From contig CM052848.1 of the NCBI GenBank assembly GCA_028534125.1, forward strand, positions 1,674,001-1,738,000: 64,000 bases of DNA, in the 5' to 3' direction. How positions within the stretch are numbered: the first letter of the stretch is position 1; each line of letters starts with the position of its first letter. Under the pieces are notes generated by a model. The model was given only the letters and a program-made list of their open reading frames with translations. It was not told the origin of the DNA and searched no databases. The position numbers and the translations under genes are program-made. Shown here piece after piece: positions 52,301 to 64,000 of this stretch. This stretch comes from Lama glama (taxonomy: Eukaryota).

Positions 52301-55300
52301 CCTAAATGCGATTCTCAGATATTAAACAAATTGATATTACATTGGGCGGGAAACTGACTCAAGCTTCCTGTGATTTACTTTTTCTGGTAATACTGTTTCC
52401 TGATGCTTGGTTTAATGGCTTGCCAAGGATTTGAAAAAGTAAAGCATCTTTGAGATTCTGAAGTGGAAGGAACTGTAGAAATATAAGGTGTTGTTTCAGT
52501 CAGCATAGCCAGTGTCCCCTAATGTTGCATTTGAAGTCCATCTCATAATAATAGTCATCATTATGTCAAACCCAGTTTTGTGGGAGGTTTGATGCAGAAG
52601 TGGCTTAGAGTTTCTTAGTTGATTGAGAACAAGGCAAAAATTAGTATGTTTGTCTTTTACATTCATTTGCCTGAAATTACAGGATTGATTTCTACCTGAG
52701 TAGCTATAATTGGGGCTCAGCGCTTGGTGACCTGTTTTGGGGCACTGTTACTCTGCCTACAGGAAGAGCTGATGTAGCGATGTACGAAGTAAAAGACTGA
52801 GGGAAAAAAAGGCAGTATTTTAACAACTGGAAACTGTCAAGAGAGTCTGTAATGATACAGTAGCAGAAAGTAAAATGATTGCTAATCATTGGGCAAATCC
52901 GCCTCTGTTTAAAAGTGTGGCAGCTTCAGGTAGTTAATTTTATCTCGTGAAACTGTCTACTAAGGAATACTGAGAAGAATTTAAACAAGTGTTAATGACT
53001 GCTCAGAGGTACCTCATGTTACAATGCCAGCTTTGACTGCTGGAGAACTTTCCAGAGTGGGAGAGAGGAAAATTAAAGTTATTCCTACAGAACTTCTTTA
53101 TTTTAGTAAAGAGAAGAGACGGCACCATACCTTGTTTTTTTGAAGCTTCTTTCAAGGACGAAGATACTTTGGAAAAATGGTAGTCAACACCACTTGCAGC
53201 CCAGTCTTCATAATCGATAGCTATTTCCCTTTTAAAGTTACTGTTTTCTTTTAAATCAGACAACTCCTCTAATCTTAATCTCAAATCCCTCCAAACTGAA
53301 GTGTTCTCCTTCTGGTTTGGCTTCTTTCTTTTCCTATTTCCCTTGGGAATTTGCTTGATGGGTAATTCTTTTTCTTGCATATTCAGTTTCGCCTTGCCCC
53401 CTTGCTCGGTCCCCTCAGCCTATGGAGAAATGCACTTGTCTTCTACAACTTAAAAATAAAATGAAATAAAATGTTTGACTACCATGCTTACCAGAGTCTC
53501 ATATTTCACTGTTTTTTTTTCCCCTTAAAGAATTCTGTAACAAGTAGATTCTGATTGACTTGGCTGCCGACTGGCTCTTACTGCTTTCATCTTGTCATCT
53601 GCCCTGTGCTCCTGTCCCCGCTCTGTGTCTGAGGGTCTCCAGGGACCCCTCACTCATTAGCCCCTAGTTCTCAGCTGCTTCCACTTTGGAAGGAGGGGGA
53701 CATTTAGTATTATCTGCACCCTCTCTTTCACGGTACCACTTCTCGCTCTCTGGGTTTCAGTATCTGGCCCTAAGAAGTAAGGACCATCTGGTCTCAACTA
53801 TGTTGAGCTGCAGTGTCGCCGTGCCGGCTCCGCCTAAGTCGCCCTTTTCACTCCTGCCTCATGTTTGTGCCTCCCCTCCACCTCCTTGGCTTTTCTTCCT
53901 TGCTTCTCCTTCTTCTCTTTGCATGGATTTCCTTTTCTTAGATCTGGCTTTAACCCCCTCACCGACCTGGTGTTCGGTGGGCGGGAGTGTTGGAATGGGA
54001 GGGTCAGGAATGATGCCACAGCTACATCGCGGGCCGATGAGGATGGCGAGGATCTGTAATCCAGCAGTGTTGCGGGGCCGAGGCTGCCCGCAGCGGTGAG
54101 GGAACTTGCCCTGGGGAGCGCCTCTGTGCTCCGGGGCTCATTCCCTAGGGTAGTTCCAGCGGTGAGCTCTTCTCAGGCATGCATTGTGTTCCAGAAGCTC
54201 TCGGCCAGAGACAGAGGTGAAGCAGCAGGAGTCACCCAGGTGGGAGAGGTCGCTTCCCAGCAGAACGCCAGCCCGTTTCTGGGAGGTGGGGACGAGTTTT
54301 CTGGGTACCCAGGAGGATGAACATCCGTGGACGAGGGCTTGAGATCCAGTGTTGTAAGACAGCTCAGTAAAGAGCTGGAGCGCCACGTGGGCAACTTAGG
54401 TCAGAGGCCCAAGTACATGACCTCAGAGATCCACCCTGAAGGAGCCTGGAGAAGGAGGAGGTTTCCTGTTGACTGTCTTCTCCAAATATCACTCACCTTT
54501 TTGAGCAGGAAACAGTGGTTTCTTATCATCCTGACTAGCCCGAATAGATGCCTGTGTGGAAGTCCTGGTCCCATAAGGAGTCATGAAACGGAATTCTGGC
54601 TGGCTCAGGGATTCTTTTAAGAGATCCTACTGGCTCGTGGGCTCCACTGTGTCTGGGAAGGAGGAAGGCCTCCTTGGAGAAGTACGTTGTCATAGAAAGC
54701 CTTGTTCGGTCCCTCCCCAGGCCTAACCCTCCCTTTTGCTGTGGAAATCAGCAGAGTTATTTATCAGAGAGGCTTACCCCTTCTTTGATGTTCCCCAGAG
54801 TCATTCTGACTGCAGACATCTGGGAACTCCCGTATGGGGTTAAGAAGATCATACGTTTTCTATGCACTTCATTCCATTAGCGTGAGGGCAGAGAGAGGAG
54901 AGGGCCTATCAGAATGCTATGAACACACTGGTAAGGAAAATGCAATTTGTAGCTAGTCTTTTAAAGCAATTAGGAAGGTAGACGCCAAATGCATAGAAAT
55001 GAAAGCCAGTTAGGCAGGACCATTTAGCATTTGGAAAGCAATTTCAGATTTCTATTTCAGGTACTAAAAAGATGGAGCCGGCAAACTCAGCAGTTTGCTG
55101 CCTGTCTGAGTCTGAGCCAGTATTTTTGAAGGCTTAACATCTGTACTGTTATGTCTCTTATTCTTTAATGCTTTTATTAGTATTCCTTAATAATGTTCTC
55201 TGCTGTATTCCTATGGAGCGGTTCTGACAGTGGTTCTTGGCTGTTGGAAGTAGCCTGGGACACTGGGGAGAGCCCAGAACTTGGATTCAGGTGTCTGGCT

Positions 55301-55559
55301 GCTACTTCAAGCTCTATACATAACTGTAAAGATGTGTGACCTGGAGTTACTGAGATAGCCTCTCTAGGCCTTGGAATAAAGTTTAGGCATAGCTGAGAGC
55401 GTTCCTTAAGTGCTTAAAGCATGCCATGTGAGATGTTAGAATGAAAGTTGATGGGGTATGAAGAAGAAGTGCTTACTAAACAGCTTTAGTTACTGCAGTG
55501 CCTAAGTGTGCAGTGTGCACCTATGTACATAATATGCACCTCACCTTTGAGGGGGGAGG

Positions 55560-56090
55560 CAGTGACATTAGGGACGGTGAAATCACGGAAGACTTCCTGG
55601 AAGAGGTGGCACACACGTAGGCGTTAGCATGATGAGTGTGAATGAGAGTGCTTCTCAGACAGAGAGAACATCATTGCACGCAGAGGCGTGGTGGGCAGAA
55701 CTGGCTGAGTCCGTGAGCTTCAGGAAGGTTCTAGAGCTGTGTTGGTCTTGCAGGGGGCTGGGCTTCAACCTGATGGTGTTAGGAAGTTGCTGGTGATCTC
55801 AGCGGGGGAACGCATGGGCACATTTGTGTTTTTATTTTCCTTTCTTTTTCTTTAGTTGTATTTGTGTTTTTATTTATTCATATTTTTTCTTTCTTTTCAA
55901 AATTTATTTTAGATTTGTGTTTTTAAAGATCCCTCTGGCTGCAGGCTGGAGAATGGATTCGAACAAGGCGAAGCTGCCGCCCAGAGAGGGTGACTAGGGT
56001 GGGGGGTGACGAACGTCCGAGCAGCTCCCAGGAGCAGCGCGTGCATGGCCCGAACCACGCGGAGGGAGTGGGATCGCCAGGCGGTGGGAA
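55560..56090. mobile_element. L2-like relic
   Basis: ggaagacttcctggaagaggtggca...cagacagagagaacatcattgca...tttttaaagatccctctggctgcag..tggagaatggatt. Confidence 0.6.
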
Positions 56091-56489
56091 CCGCGCTTCC
56101 GACCCTCATGTATCAAAAGGGTTGATGTTTGTGCAGGAGGTTAGTTAATGAAAAAAATATTTTTTGCAATTCCGATTAGGAAATCTTGAGAACTTTCAGT
56201 CGTTTGTGGAATCCTTGATATTTTGCCTAATACAACTTTCTCGCATTGTTTTCTTTTTTTCTGGCTCTTAGTTTACTTACTTACATTCCCACCAGTGTGG
56301 TTATTAAATGCGTGGTAATGTATGGATCTGTATTTTGAACGTTGCTCATCCACATTCTTCAGCGTCTTGGATTTTTCTAACTTAGCTTAAGTTACTTAAC
56401 GTTGAATTGACCTCCTATCAGTATGTACTTACGAATGCTCATTTCACTACAAAAAAAAAAAAAAAGAAAAACCTACTTCTAGACACACT

Positions 56490-56823
56490 TTATATATATA
56501 TATATATTCCTTTTCATATCTTTCATTACAGGCTATTACAAGGTATTGACTTTAGTTCCTTATGCTGTACAGTAGGACCTTCTTGTTTATCTAATTTTTA
56601 TATAGAAAGTAGTTAGTAACTGCAAATCACGAACTCCTGATGTATCCCTTCCCACTCCCTTCCCCGCCCCCTGGTAACCATAAGTTTGGTTTCTATGTCT
56701 GTGAGTCTGTTTCTGTTTTGTAAATAAGTTCATTTGTCTCATACTTTTAGACTCCACGTATGAGTGATATGTCATACGGTACTTTTCTGACTTGCTTCAC
56801 TTAGAAAGAGAATCTCCACATCC
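56490..56823 (-). mobile_element. 5'-truncated L1 3' end
   Basis: tatgctgtacagtagg...ctggtaaccataagtttggtttctatgtctgtgagtctgtttctgttttgtaaataagttcatt...ctgacttgcttcacttagaa. Confidence 0.85.
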
Positions 56824-58075
56824 TCTTAATCCTGCGGGAGTCTAGCTGAGAACCGGCAGCGGCGTTTGGGCATTCTTTATCAGACACTGACATCTGGTGG
56901 CCAAACGGAACGTTAAGGAATCCTCCAGTGGGTTTCCATCTCCCTGTCAGCCCTGCACAACCTGAGTGCTCCGCCCTGTGTGCAAACTCAGGGGATGCAG
57001 ACGTGGACGGGGCGTAGCCTGCCTTCAGAGAACTCTTAAGTCGTACCACACCCTTGTGTACAGTGATGTTATGCACTGGAAGTTGCTTTAATCCTTTTTG
57101 GAAAAGTTTGTAGCCCTGGGAAGCTGGTAAAGGTGGATATAGATGAGTTTTGGGGAAGAGACGCTCCAGGCAGTGGGGAGAGATGAGGGTGGTCCTGCTG
57201 GCGGAGTGGGAGACAGTCACGAGCATTTGGGCAAGCTGTTCTCTGCTTTTTGAGCCGTGCCACATCCCTGCCAGGACCCGTTTATCCCTTATCATCATTT
57301 ATTCTGGACGACTGACACCTCCCATATCTTCTTGCTGCCAAGAAGCTTTCGTTTCTTCAGGCGTTATAAACCTAGGAGTGTTTCCTGACAGTATCATTTA
57401 CTTTTCTATCATATTTTATTATAATTACCAAGGAAATACCCCAAGACAATTTGATTTCTCTTGAACGTTTCAGTTAGTAAATGTGGAGCTACAAAAAAGA
57501 GTTATCAAGGAAATGACAATTCTGAGATTTGAAATACCGTTTTTGAAAATTATGGTTCGAATTCTCATTTATCTGCCTCCCTGACATCTTTAGTCAACAG
57601 CATTGTATTTCCAATCTTGTTTCCTTTCTTCTCACAAGGGAAAATGTGAGAATCTGTATTTTCCCCATGATAATAACTTTCTTTTTTAAGAATATTGCCT
57701 CATTCTGTGGATCTGAGTTCACTGTTATTTCAGGTGATTAGTACTAAGTCTAACAGTGAACACTGACATAATTGATTATCTTATTCTTAATTGTCTAAAC
57801 ATGTGATGGCAAACAGCGTTTTGCTTGTCATGTACTTATGAGTCATGCTTTAAAATTTGGGACCCAAACGAGTCCTTTTATCTAGTGAATTATTCGTGAG
57901 TAGTGTAGTTTATTTAAAATGTTTACCTCCGTATTCTTCTTTCTTTCATGATTTCTTGTGTTAGAAGTGTTTGCCTTTACTTAGTGCTCCCTTCTTGTGT
58001 GTTTCCCATGGCACAGCAATGAGTACGGGGTACAGATTTATAGGATACGATTTGCTCAGATTTCGTGATGAAGTA

Positions 58076-58126
58076 AACACGCACACACACACAGACACAC
58101 ACGTGTGCGCACACACGCACACACAC
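58076..58126. repeat. Interrupted (CA)n microsatellite
   Basis: acacgcacacacacacagacacacacgtgtgcgcacacacgcacacacac. Confidence 0.8.
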
Positions 58127-58624
58127 GAGCAAACTACTTACACCAGAGAGACTGAGTGTCCCGCTCACTTCGGGTAGATCAGCCGCTGTTTACGGGCCTG
58201 GAAGCAGAGGAAGCCTTTGGTCCTTGCCATTCCCGGTGGGGCTGTCCTGTTACTGCCTGGCCTCCCCTGGTGACTGAGTAGCTCCGTAAGCTTTCTTTTC
58301 CCATAGGTGACGTGGGTCTAATGTGGCCGTAGAGATTTGCTGTGAGAGTTAAAATCTTTTCCAAAAACACTTCGTGGGGTGGCTGACCCAACACTAGATA
58401 CGCGTTAGCGCTGGTGCTGGTGAGAAATGGGTGCTTTTCTATTACTGCATTTTTCACTAAAAAAAAAAAAATCCTTTACCCTTGATGTATGTATTTTTAG
58501 AAAGTGATCTAAATTTTGCCTCTTTGGTTGAAAGTTAAAAAGATGAAGTTTCAAAACGTGTTACTTGAACAAAGTTTATATTGTAGATTTAGCTAATATT
58601 GACCAACCCTTCAAAACAGACTTT

Positions 58625-58791
58625 AGAATAAACAAATGGGACCTAATGAAACTTACAAGCTTCTGCAGAGCAAAGGAAACCAGAAATAAAACAAGAAGAA
58701 AACCTACGGAATGGGAGAAAATTTTTGCAAGTGAACCGACAAAGGCTTGATCTCCAAAATATATAAGCAGCTCATACGACTCAATAAGAAA
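58625..58791 (+). mobile_element. L1 ORF2 fragment running into the gap
   Basis: Translates RINKWDLMKLTSFCRAKET...KPTEWEKIFA and, after a frameshift, LISKIYKQL. These are conserved L1 ORF2 motifs. Confidence 0.9.
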
Positions 58792-59291
58792 NNNNNNNNN
58801 NNNNNNNNNNNNNNNNNNNNNNNNNNNNNNNNNNNNNNNNNNNNNNNNNNNNNNNNNNNNNNNNNNNNNNNNNNNNNNNNNNNNNNNNNNNNNNNNNNNN
58901 NNNNNNNNNNNNNNNNNNNNNNNNNNNNNNNNNNNNNNNNNNNNNNNNNNNNNNNNNNNNNNNNNNNNNNNNNNNNNNNNNNNNNNNNNNNNNNNNNNNN
59001 NNNNNNNNNNNNNNNNNNNNNNNNNNNNNNNNNNNNNNNNNNNNNNNNNNNNNNNNNNNNNNNNNNNNNNNNNNNNNNNNNNNNNNNNNNNNNNNNNNNN
59101 NNNNNNNNNNNNNNNNNNNNNNNNNNNNNNNNNNNNNNNNNNNNNNNNNNNNNNNNNNNNNNNNNNNNNNNNNNNNNNNNNNNNNNNNNNNNNNNNNNNN
59201 NNNNNNNNNNNNNNNNNNNNNNNNNNNNNNNNNNNNNNNNNNNNNNNNNNNNNNNNNNNNNNNNNNNNNNNNNNNNNNNNNNNNNNNNNNN
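58792..59291. other. Assembly gap (500 N)
   Basis: Run of exactly 500 N, interrupting an L1. Confidence 0.99.
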
Positions 59292-62200
59292 TGAGGATTA
59301 CCATCCATCTTCCGAAAGCCCCTGTTTTCTGACTTCAGGCCATTTAGATGAAAATGGGCAACAAGATCTGCAGAAGATCAGATGGTTAAGGACGTGTTCA
59401 AGGGACACAGACAGAACTGGAACCGGAATTCAGGGCTTCTGGTTTCTTTATTCCCAGTCTTGGATTCTTTTCATTACTGCATGTTTTATATTTTAGTGTC
59501 CGTGGAGCTAACACTGGAGTTTTGATATTCTTTTTTCCCCATTTAAAGCCTCTTACCATGACATACACTCATCTTTTCCTGAATGTTCCTTCCGGTTTCT
59601 CAGGGTTCGTTAGCTGGTAGACTCCCAACAAACCTTCCTTGTTGCAAGCATCCTAGGTCGTACCGGGGCCCTGTCAGAGTCCCAGGTAGACAGCGGACAA
59701 CAGCAGCCTGTGGGACAGCCACCAGGACTCCCCACGGGGGAGGAGAAGGGAGCCTTTGTTGGCGGGAGTGGGTGTTAAGGGAACAGACAATCGAGTCTGA
59801 TTATTTTTTTTTCTACAGTGAAGCTTCTCTTGGCTTCAGTCTCGAGGCGGGGGCCGCAGACCTTGCAGGTCCGACAGCAGGAGCGGCAGTAACTGCAGGA
59901 GCCAGCGCTGACTGTCCGCTTGCGCTCCGCTGCCCAGGTGGTCCGTGTGGTAGCTCTGTTCTCGATTAGCCATGTCTGGCCTAAGACTCGCCTTTTACTT
60001 TTTTTTTTTTTCTGAAAATAAACTTCTGGTTGCCTGCGGCTTGGCTTAGGAGAAAGATCTAAGGCTCTAACTGCTTTTTCAGTGGGGTTTCAAGCCGCCA
60101 TCTTGCTTTTCACCTCGCCGTTCTCCTCCTCTTCCTCCAAAAGAACTGATGGGCTTTGCAGCTTGATTCGGGCTGCTCTGAGCCTGCCCTCTCGCGGGCT
60201 TGGAGTTCAGCTTCCTTGGACCTGCTGGACAAGTTCGCACATCCCCCGCCCAGTACTCTGGGAACACCGCTGCCGCTGTGTCCTCCTGGTTGTCTCTGTC
60301 CTCAGGGCTGATGCCTGTGGCAGAACATTGCTTTATGGTCATTCTGATGGGGCTTCAGAAAGAGGATGAAAGTGTGTGTCTCGTCTGGCATGTTCGGCCA
60401 CACCTCACTTGAATTTAAGGGGGATTGCAGGGTCCATGTCGTTTGGCGCTTCTAACTTGACCAAGGAAATGAATGGAGCTAAGATGGTCAAAGCACATTT
60501 TCCAAGTGAGCTGAGAGATTTTGGATCAAAGCAGAGGTGACGTAGCATCCGGAACAACGCTTAGGTAGGGGGAGCTGTTTCACCCAGACACTGCTGCATT
60601 TCAGGGTCATGCTGTCCCTCACACCAGCATGACGGATGTCGGTTCCAATTTGGACCTTGGAGATAGTGTGGTGGTGACCACCCGTCTTTGCTGTTTATGT
60701 GGGTGATTATAGAAGCAGGGTATGTGTCACATGATGACGAAGAATGTTTCAGAGACTTTCATTGATCTTTACATCTGCTGGAGGCTCTGTTCCTCCTAGC
60801 TACTGACTGACAGCAGTGGCACAAATGATGCTGTAACATGACCCATTCATCGCCTCAGGCTAAGGGAGCGTTAAGTCGAGTGTTAGTATCTCAGCCATTT
60901 TCTTAGACTTGATTAATTCTATTGTTTCTCCCAAAATTCTTAGCGGCACCAACTTTATCCATTGGACCATCTTTGTAAATGGAGTATTCTCATAGATTCC
61001 TTTGTCTTCCAACGGTTACTTGAAGTCAGTTAAGTTTATCTTTTGTATTATTAGCTTTTTCCCCCTGTAATGTTATTTTATACGTGACTCTGGCACATAC
61101 ATTTTCATATTTGTAGAACTTTTATGAGGTACATGGCATAATGATTCAGTTTTTTTAAGTGAGTCAGTTTATAAACAGCCACATTGATTATTTTTATCAA
61201 TTCATATTGTTGTATAAAATCCATATTCAGCTGCCAAAGGCAGTGGTAAGGGAAGGAAACATGACATATTTAACATTCTAGACAATCATTCGAGGAGTTC
61301 TTGTGAGCAGTCCCTAACACATTGTGATGATTAGTGTGGCCCCTGATTAAATTTTCCCTGCAGAATAAATACATCCACCAAGTGATTCTCACTAAACCAA
61401 AGACTATTGACTAGTTTGACACATCTGTATGTTTAAAGGGTAAGAAAAAACAAAAACCATTTAGTTGGTTTATCACTTCTGAGGCTGCGTTTCCTGGAGC
61501 CGTAGGTGGTTCAGGGCTCCCAGGGGTTGGGGTGCTAGAAATGAGTGGGACTCTCTCTCAGGTCCCTCCACTCCCTGCCTCATGCCTGCTTCTCCCTGAG
61601 AAGTCGTGATGCTGATGGAATTTAATATTTGGTTTTCATATGAAATTTAATTTGGGGAGAAAGAACAAACAGATCTCGTTGATAAGACAGATGTTGAAAA
61701 AATAATGATGGCCTTTGTTTAGACCCTGAAGACATTTGTCTGAAGTCACCACAGAATTGACAGGAACGTTCCTAGTGAGGCATGAATTATTTCGTACCTG
61801 ATGAATGTGTGATTATACTCATGGATCTGAAGATTATGGTAAAACAGAGAAGCCCCGCCCTTCGCAGACAGGCAGGCACGTCCCGAAGCATCCAGGTGAC
61901 TGCAGATTCTGTGCTTCCCGTCACATTCTGGCTGTTAGTTTATCCTAGCAGTACAAAGTTTACCCAAACAAGTGAGAATGGGTTGGGCCACCTCCCTCTC
62001 TTGGCCCTGAGTTTCTTAGCAGCCCCTGGTCCCATCTGCCACTCCATGGACGTTCATCACCAGCCACAGACGCCACACCATGCCCTGTAAGCTGAGAACA
62101 GTACGCAGATTACAAGGTGTGATGCCAGGACTCTTGGCTTTCACGCTTCTCATCAGTTCCTTTAGAGATTGTCAGGATTTTCAGTTTTTAGCGTAATAGA

Positions 62201-62564
62201 AACATAACATCTGTAGCAAAAATAAGTTAGAATGTTCTAAACCATCTTCAAAACATTTTATTTATCTATTTTCATTAGAGTGTATCATTTTCTTCCATAA
62301 CAGCTACAGAGAAATTGGAGGCTGATTCTTGCACGGTGATGGTAAATTGAATCATACCAATTCAGTTTGGCAGGACTGACGCTTACTCACTTGCTGGGTA
62401 AGTCAGTGAATCTGTTTTTTTTCAACAGAAAAAGAAAATGATAATAACCATGAGAATAATGTTTTAGATGTATATGAAGTTATTACCGTAACAGAAAATG
62501 CTTGCTGAAGGGCTACTCACTGGCAAGTGTGAGGGAAATTTTATTTCTTTAAAAAGAAAATTTA

Positions 62565-62671
62565 GGGGGCAGGGTAATAGGTCAGTGGTAGCATGTGTGC
62601 CTAGCATGCACAAGGTCCTGGGTTCAGTCCCCACTACCTCCATTAAGAAGTAAATAAACATTTTTAACAAG
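62565..62671 (+). mobile_element. tRNA-derived SINE, camelid Vic-1-like
   Basis: GGGGGCAGGGTAATAGGTCAGTGGTAGCATGTGTGCCTAGCATGCACAAGGTCCTGGGTTCAGTCCCCACTACCTCC with A and B boxes. Flanked by an imperfect TSD aaaaagaaaattt (62551-62563) / aaaaataaaattt (62672-62684). Confidence 0.87.
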
Positions 62672-64000
62672 AAAAATAAAATTTTGAGCATCTAAAACTG
62701 GAAAAACATTATTAAGGATTTACTGAGTCTCTGTTATGTTTTGAGAGTTGTTCCAGGACACAGGAATATGGAGTCACGTGCAGTGAAACCAGTGACTTTT
62801 CTTAGAGCTCTTTAGTGTTGTAAAACTATTAAATCCCTTCCAAATAATAATAAAAAGCGGACTGCAAGATGGAAATCGGTAGATGCACATCACGTTTAAA
62901 GAAAGACAGCTGGGCGGAGAACAGTGACTCCTGACAGAGGCGACCCTTGAGCCGTCTGGAAGGTGTGTCAGAATAAGGAACGTCGAAGACAGAGAGGCTG
63001 CGGGTGTGAGGGGCGAGCCAAGGTGAGATGCGTTATCTGAGAGTGCGTGGTGCACTCTGAGTGTAGTGAGTGGACCAGCCTGATTCGATGAAAGGACTTT
63101 AAGTAGAGACAACAAGGTCTGCCCGGAAAGGTTGAGATTAGATTACAAGGACGAGAATTCCAGCGTGGGACGTGCGTCGTGGGTTTTGGTAAGGGAGTGC
63201 TGACTGCAGGTCTGCTGGATTGGTTTGGTTTGGTTTGGTTTTAGTGTAGGAGGGACCGGGTGACCCGCGCAGTGCTTGGAAACCGCCACCTCCAGCGTGC
63301 AGAGAGGCTTCTGCGAGTGCGTCCCCTGGAGGCCGGAGGTGGGAAGACGCATTAGTGGACTAAGAAAGTCCAGACAGAAAACGGTAGAGTCTGAGCGAGG
63401 GACAGGACAGTGGGAATCACAAGGACAAAAGCAGGTCCATGGAGAAGCATTAGAAGGAGCTTGATAACTACTTCTTGTTTGTTTCGGAGGAGAGGATGGG
63501 GAGGAAACAAAAACACTGCTTTTATGTCTCATGAGACATGTTTATTAGTTATTCAGTGGGCTAACCTGTTTCTAAGCTGAGGATGATCAAATTCATCGAT
63601 GATATTACTTATCCCCCTAGAAAGAGCATTTAATGGTATTTAAAAGTCTGCCGCGTGTTGGTTTTGATCATGTGATGCCACTAGGTAAATACTTGTCTTT
63701 TTTACTCCTTATGATGTTCATACAGCAGACCGTCAGTCTTTTGATTAACATTTACAGCTGCCGAAAGTTCACAGTGCGAAGCCTGCTGTGGTCCCAGCGA
63801 GTCCTGGGTTAGGCTCTCAGATCCCAGGGTCCGTCGCAGGTTAGGTCTCTTGGCCAGTGACTGACTCGTGAGCAGGTCATTCTTGGCCTGCATCTGCCTG
63901 TCGGCTGGTCATTCTTGGCGCAATGAGAACCATCATCTCTTTGTTTAAAAAAAAAGTGGCCTTAAAAGAGTCTACTTACGTTTGTCTTGGGTTTATTGAA

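Noticed and set aside
61351-61385. attttccctgcag|AATAAA as the next CTNNA2 exon, expected to begin Asn-Lys
   Set aside because: It translates NKYIHQVILTKPK, not the NKIILDP-type sequence I recall for the next exon. That exon appears to lie beyond the window.
62565-62640. tRNA gene (also 12660-12734)
   Set aside because: A and B boxes are present, but the element has an A-rich tail, a TSD, a degenerate cloverleaf and a diverged paralogue. It is a SINE.
189-63893. The many 60-200 aa ORFs in the supplied track
   Set aside because: Apart from those overlapping the three CTNNA2 exons and the L1 ORF2 remnants, they have no recognisable domains, overlap each other on both strands and concentrate in GC-rich patches where stop codons are scarce.
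1-64000. Novel multi-gene or prokaryotic-type system (operon, CRISPR array, defence island)
   Set aside because: The sequence is mammalian intron with spliceosomal exons and mammalian repeats. There is no repeat-spacer array and no gene-dense region.
49370-64000. Nested antisense LRRTM1 gene known from the CTNNA2 locus
   Set aside because: No leucine-rich-repeat ORF on the - strand. LRRTM1 lies in a later, larger intron outside this window.

Overview
This is mammalian genomic DNA, not prokaryotic. The window lies inside the alpha-N-catenin gene CTNNA2 on the + strand. It holds three internal coding exons (34980-35146, 45881-46000, 49103-49369), equivalent as I recall to human exons 4-6. They have canonical AG/GT ends and splice into one open frame (GETMRIASSEF...HLKI | VEEALEAVK...AARRQQ | ELKDPHC...ALNEFD). 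The rest is intron. It carries tRNA-derived SINEs resembling the camelid-specific Vic-1 family, which suggests alpaca, llama or camel. It also carries 5'-truncated L1 3' ends, about seven ERV1-like solo LTRs, older L2/MIR/MLT1/MER/Tigger relics, one GC-rich minisatellite and three 500-N scaffold gaps. Nearly all ORFs in the supplied track are spurious. I see no clear evidence of a previously undescribed biological system. The best leads are RNA-level hypotheses: a recursive-splice-like AG|GTGAGA start on the 167-nt exon, inverted L1 and LTR pairs that could fold the pre-mRNA or promote a stop-free 387-nt circRNA, and a patchy AT-to-GC shift suggesting GC-biased gene conversion. Repeat family names come from recall of consensus sequences, not a database search, and repeat boundaries are approximate.
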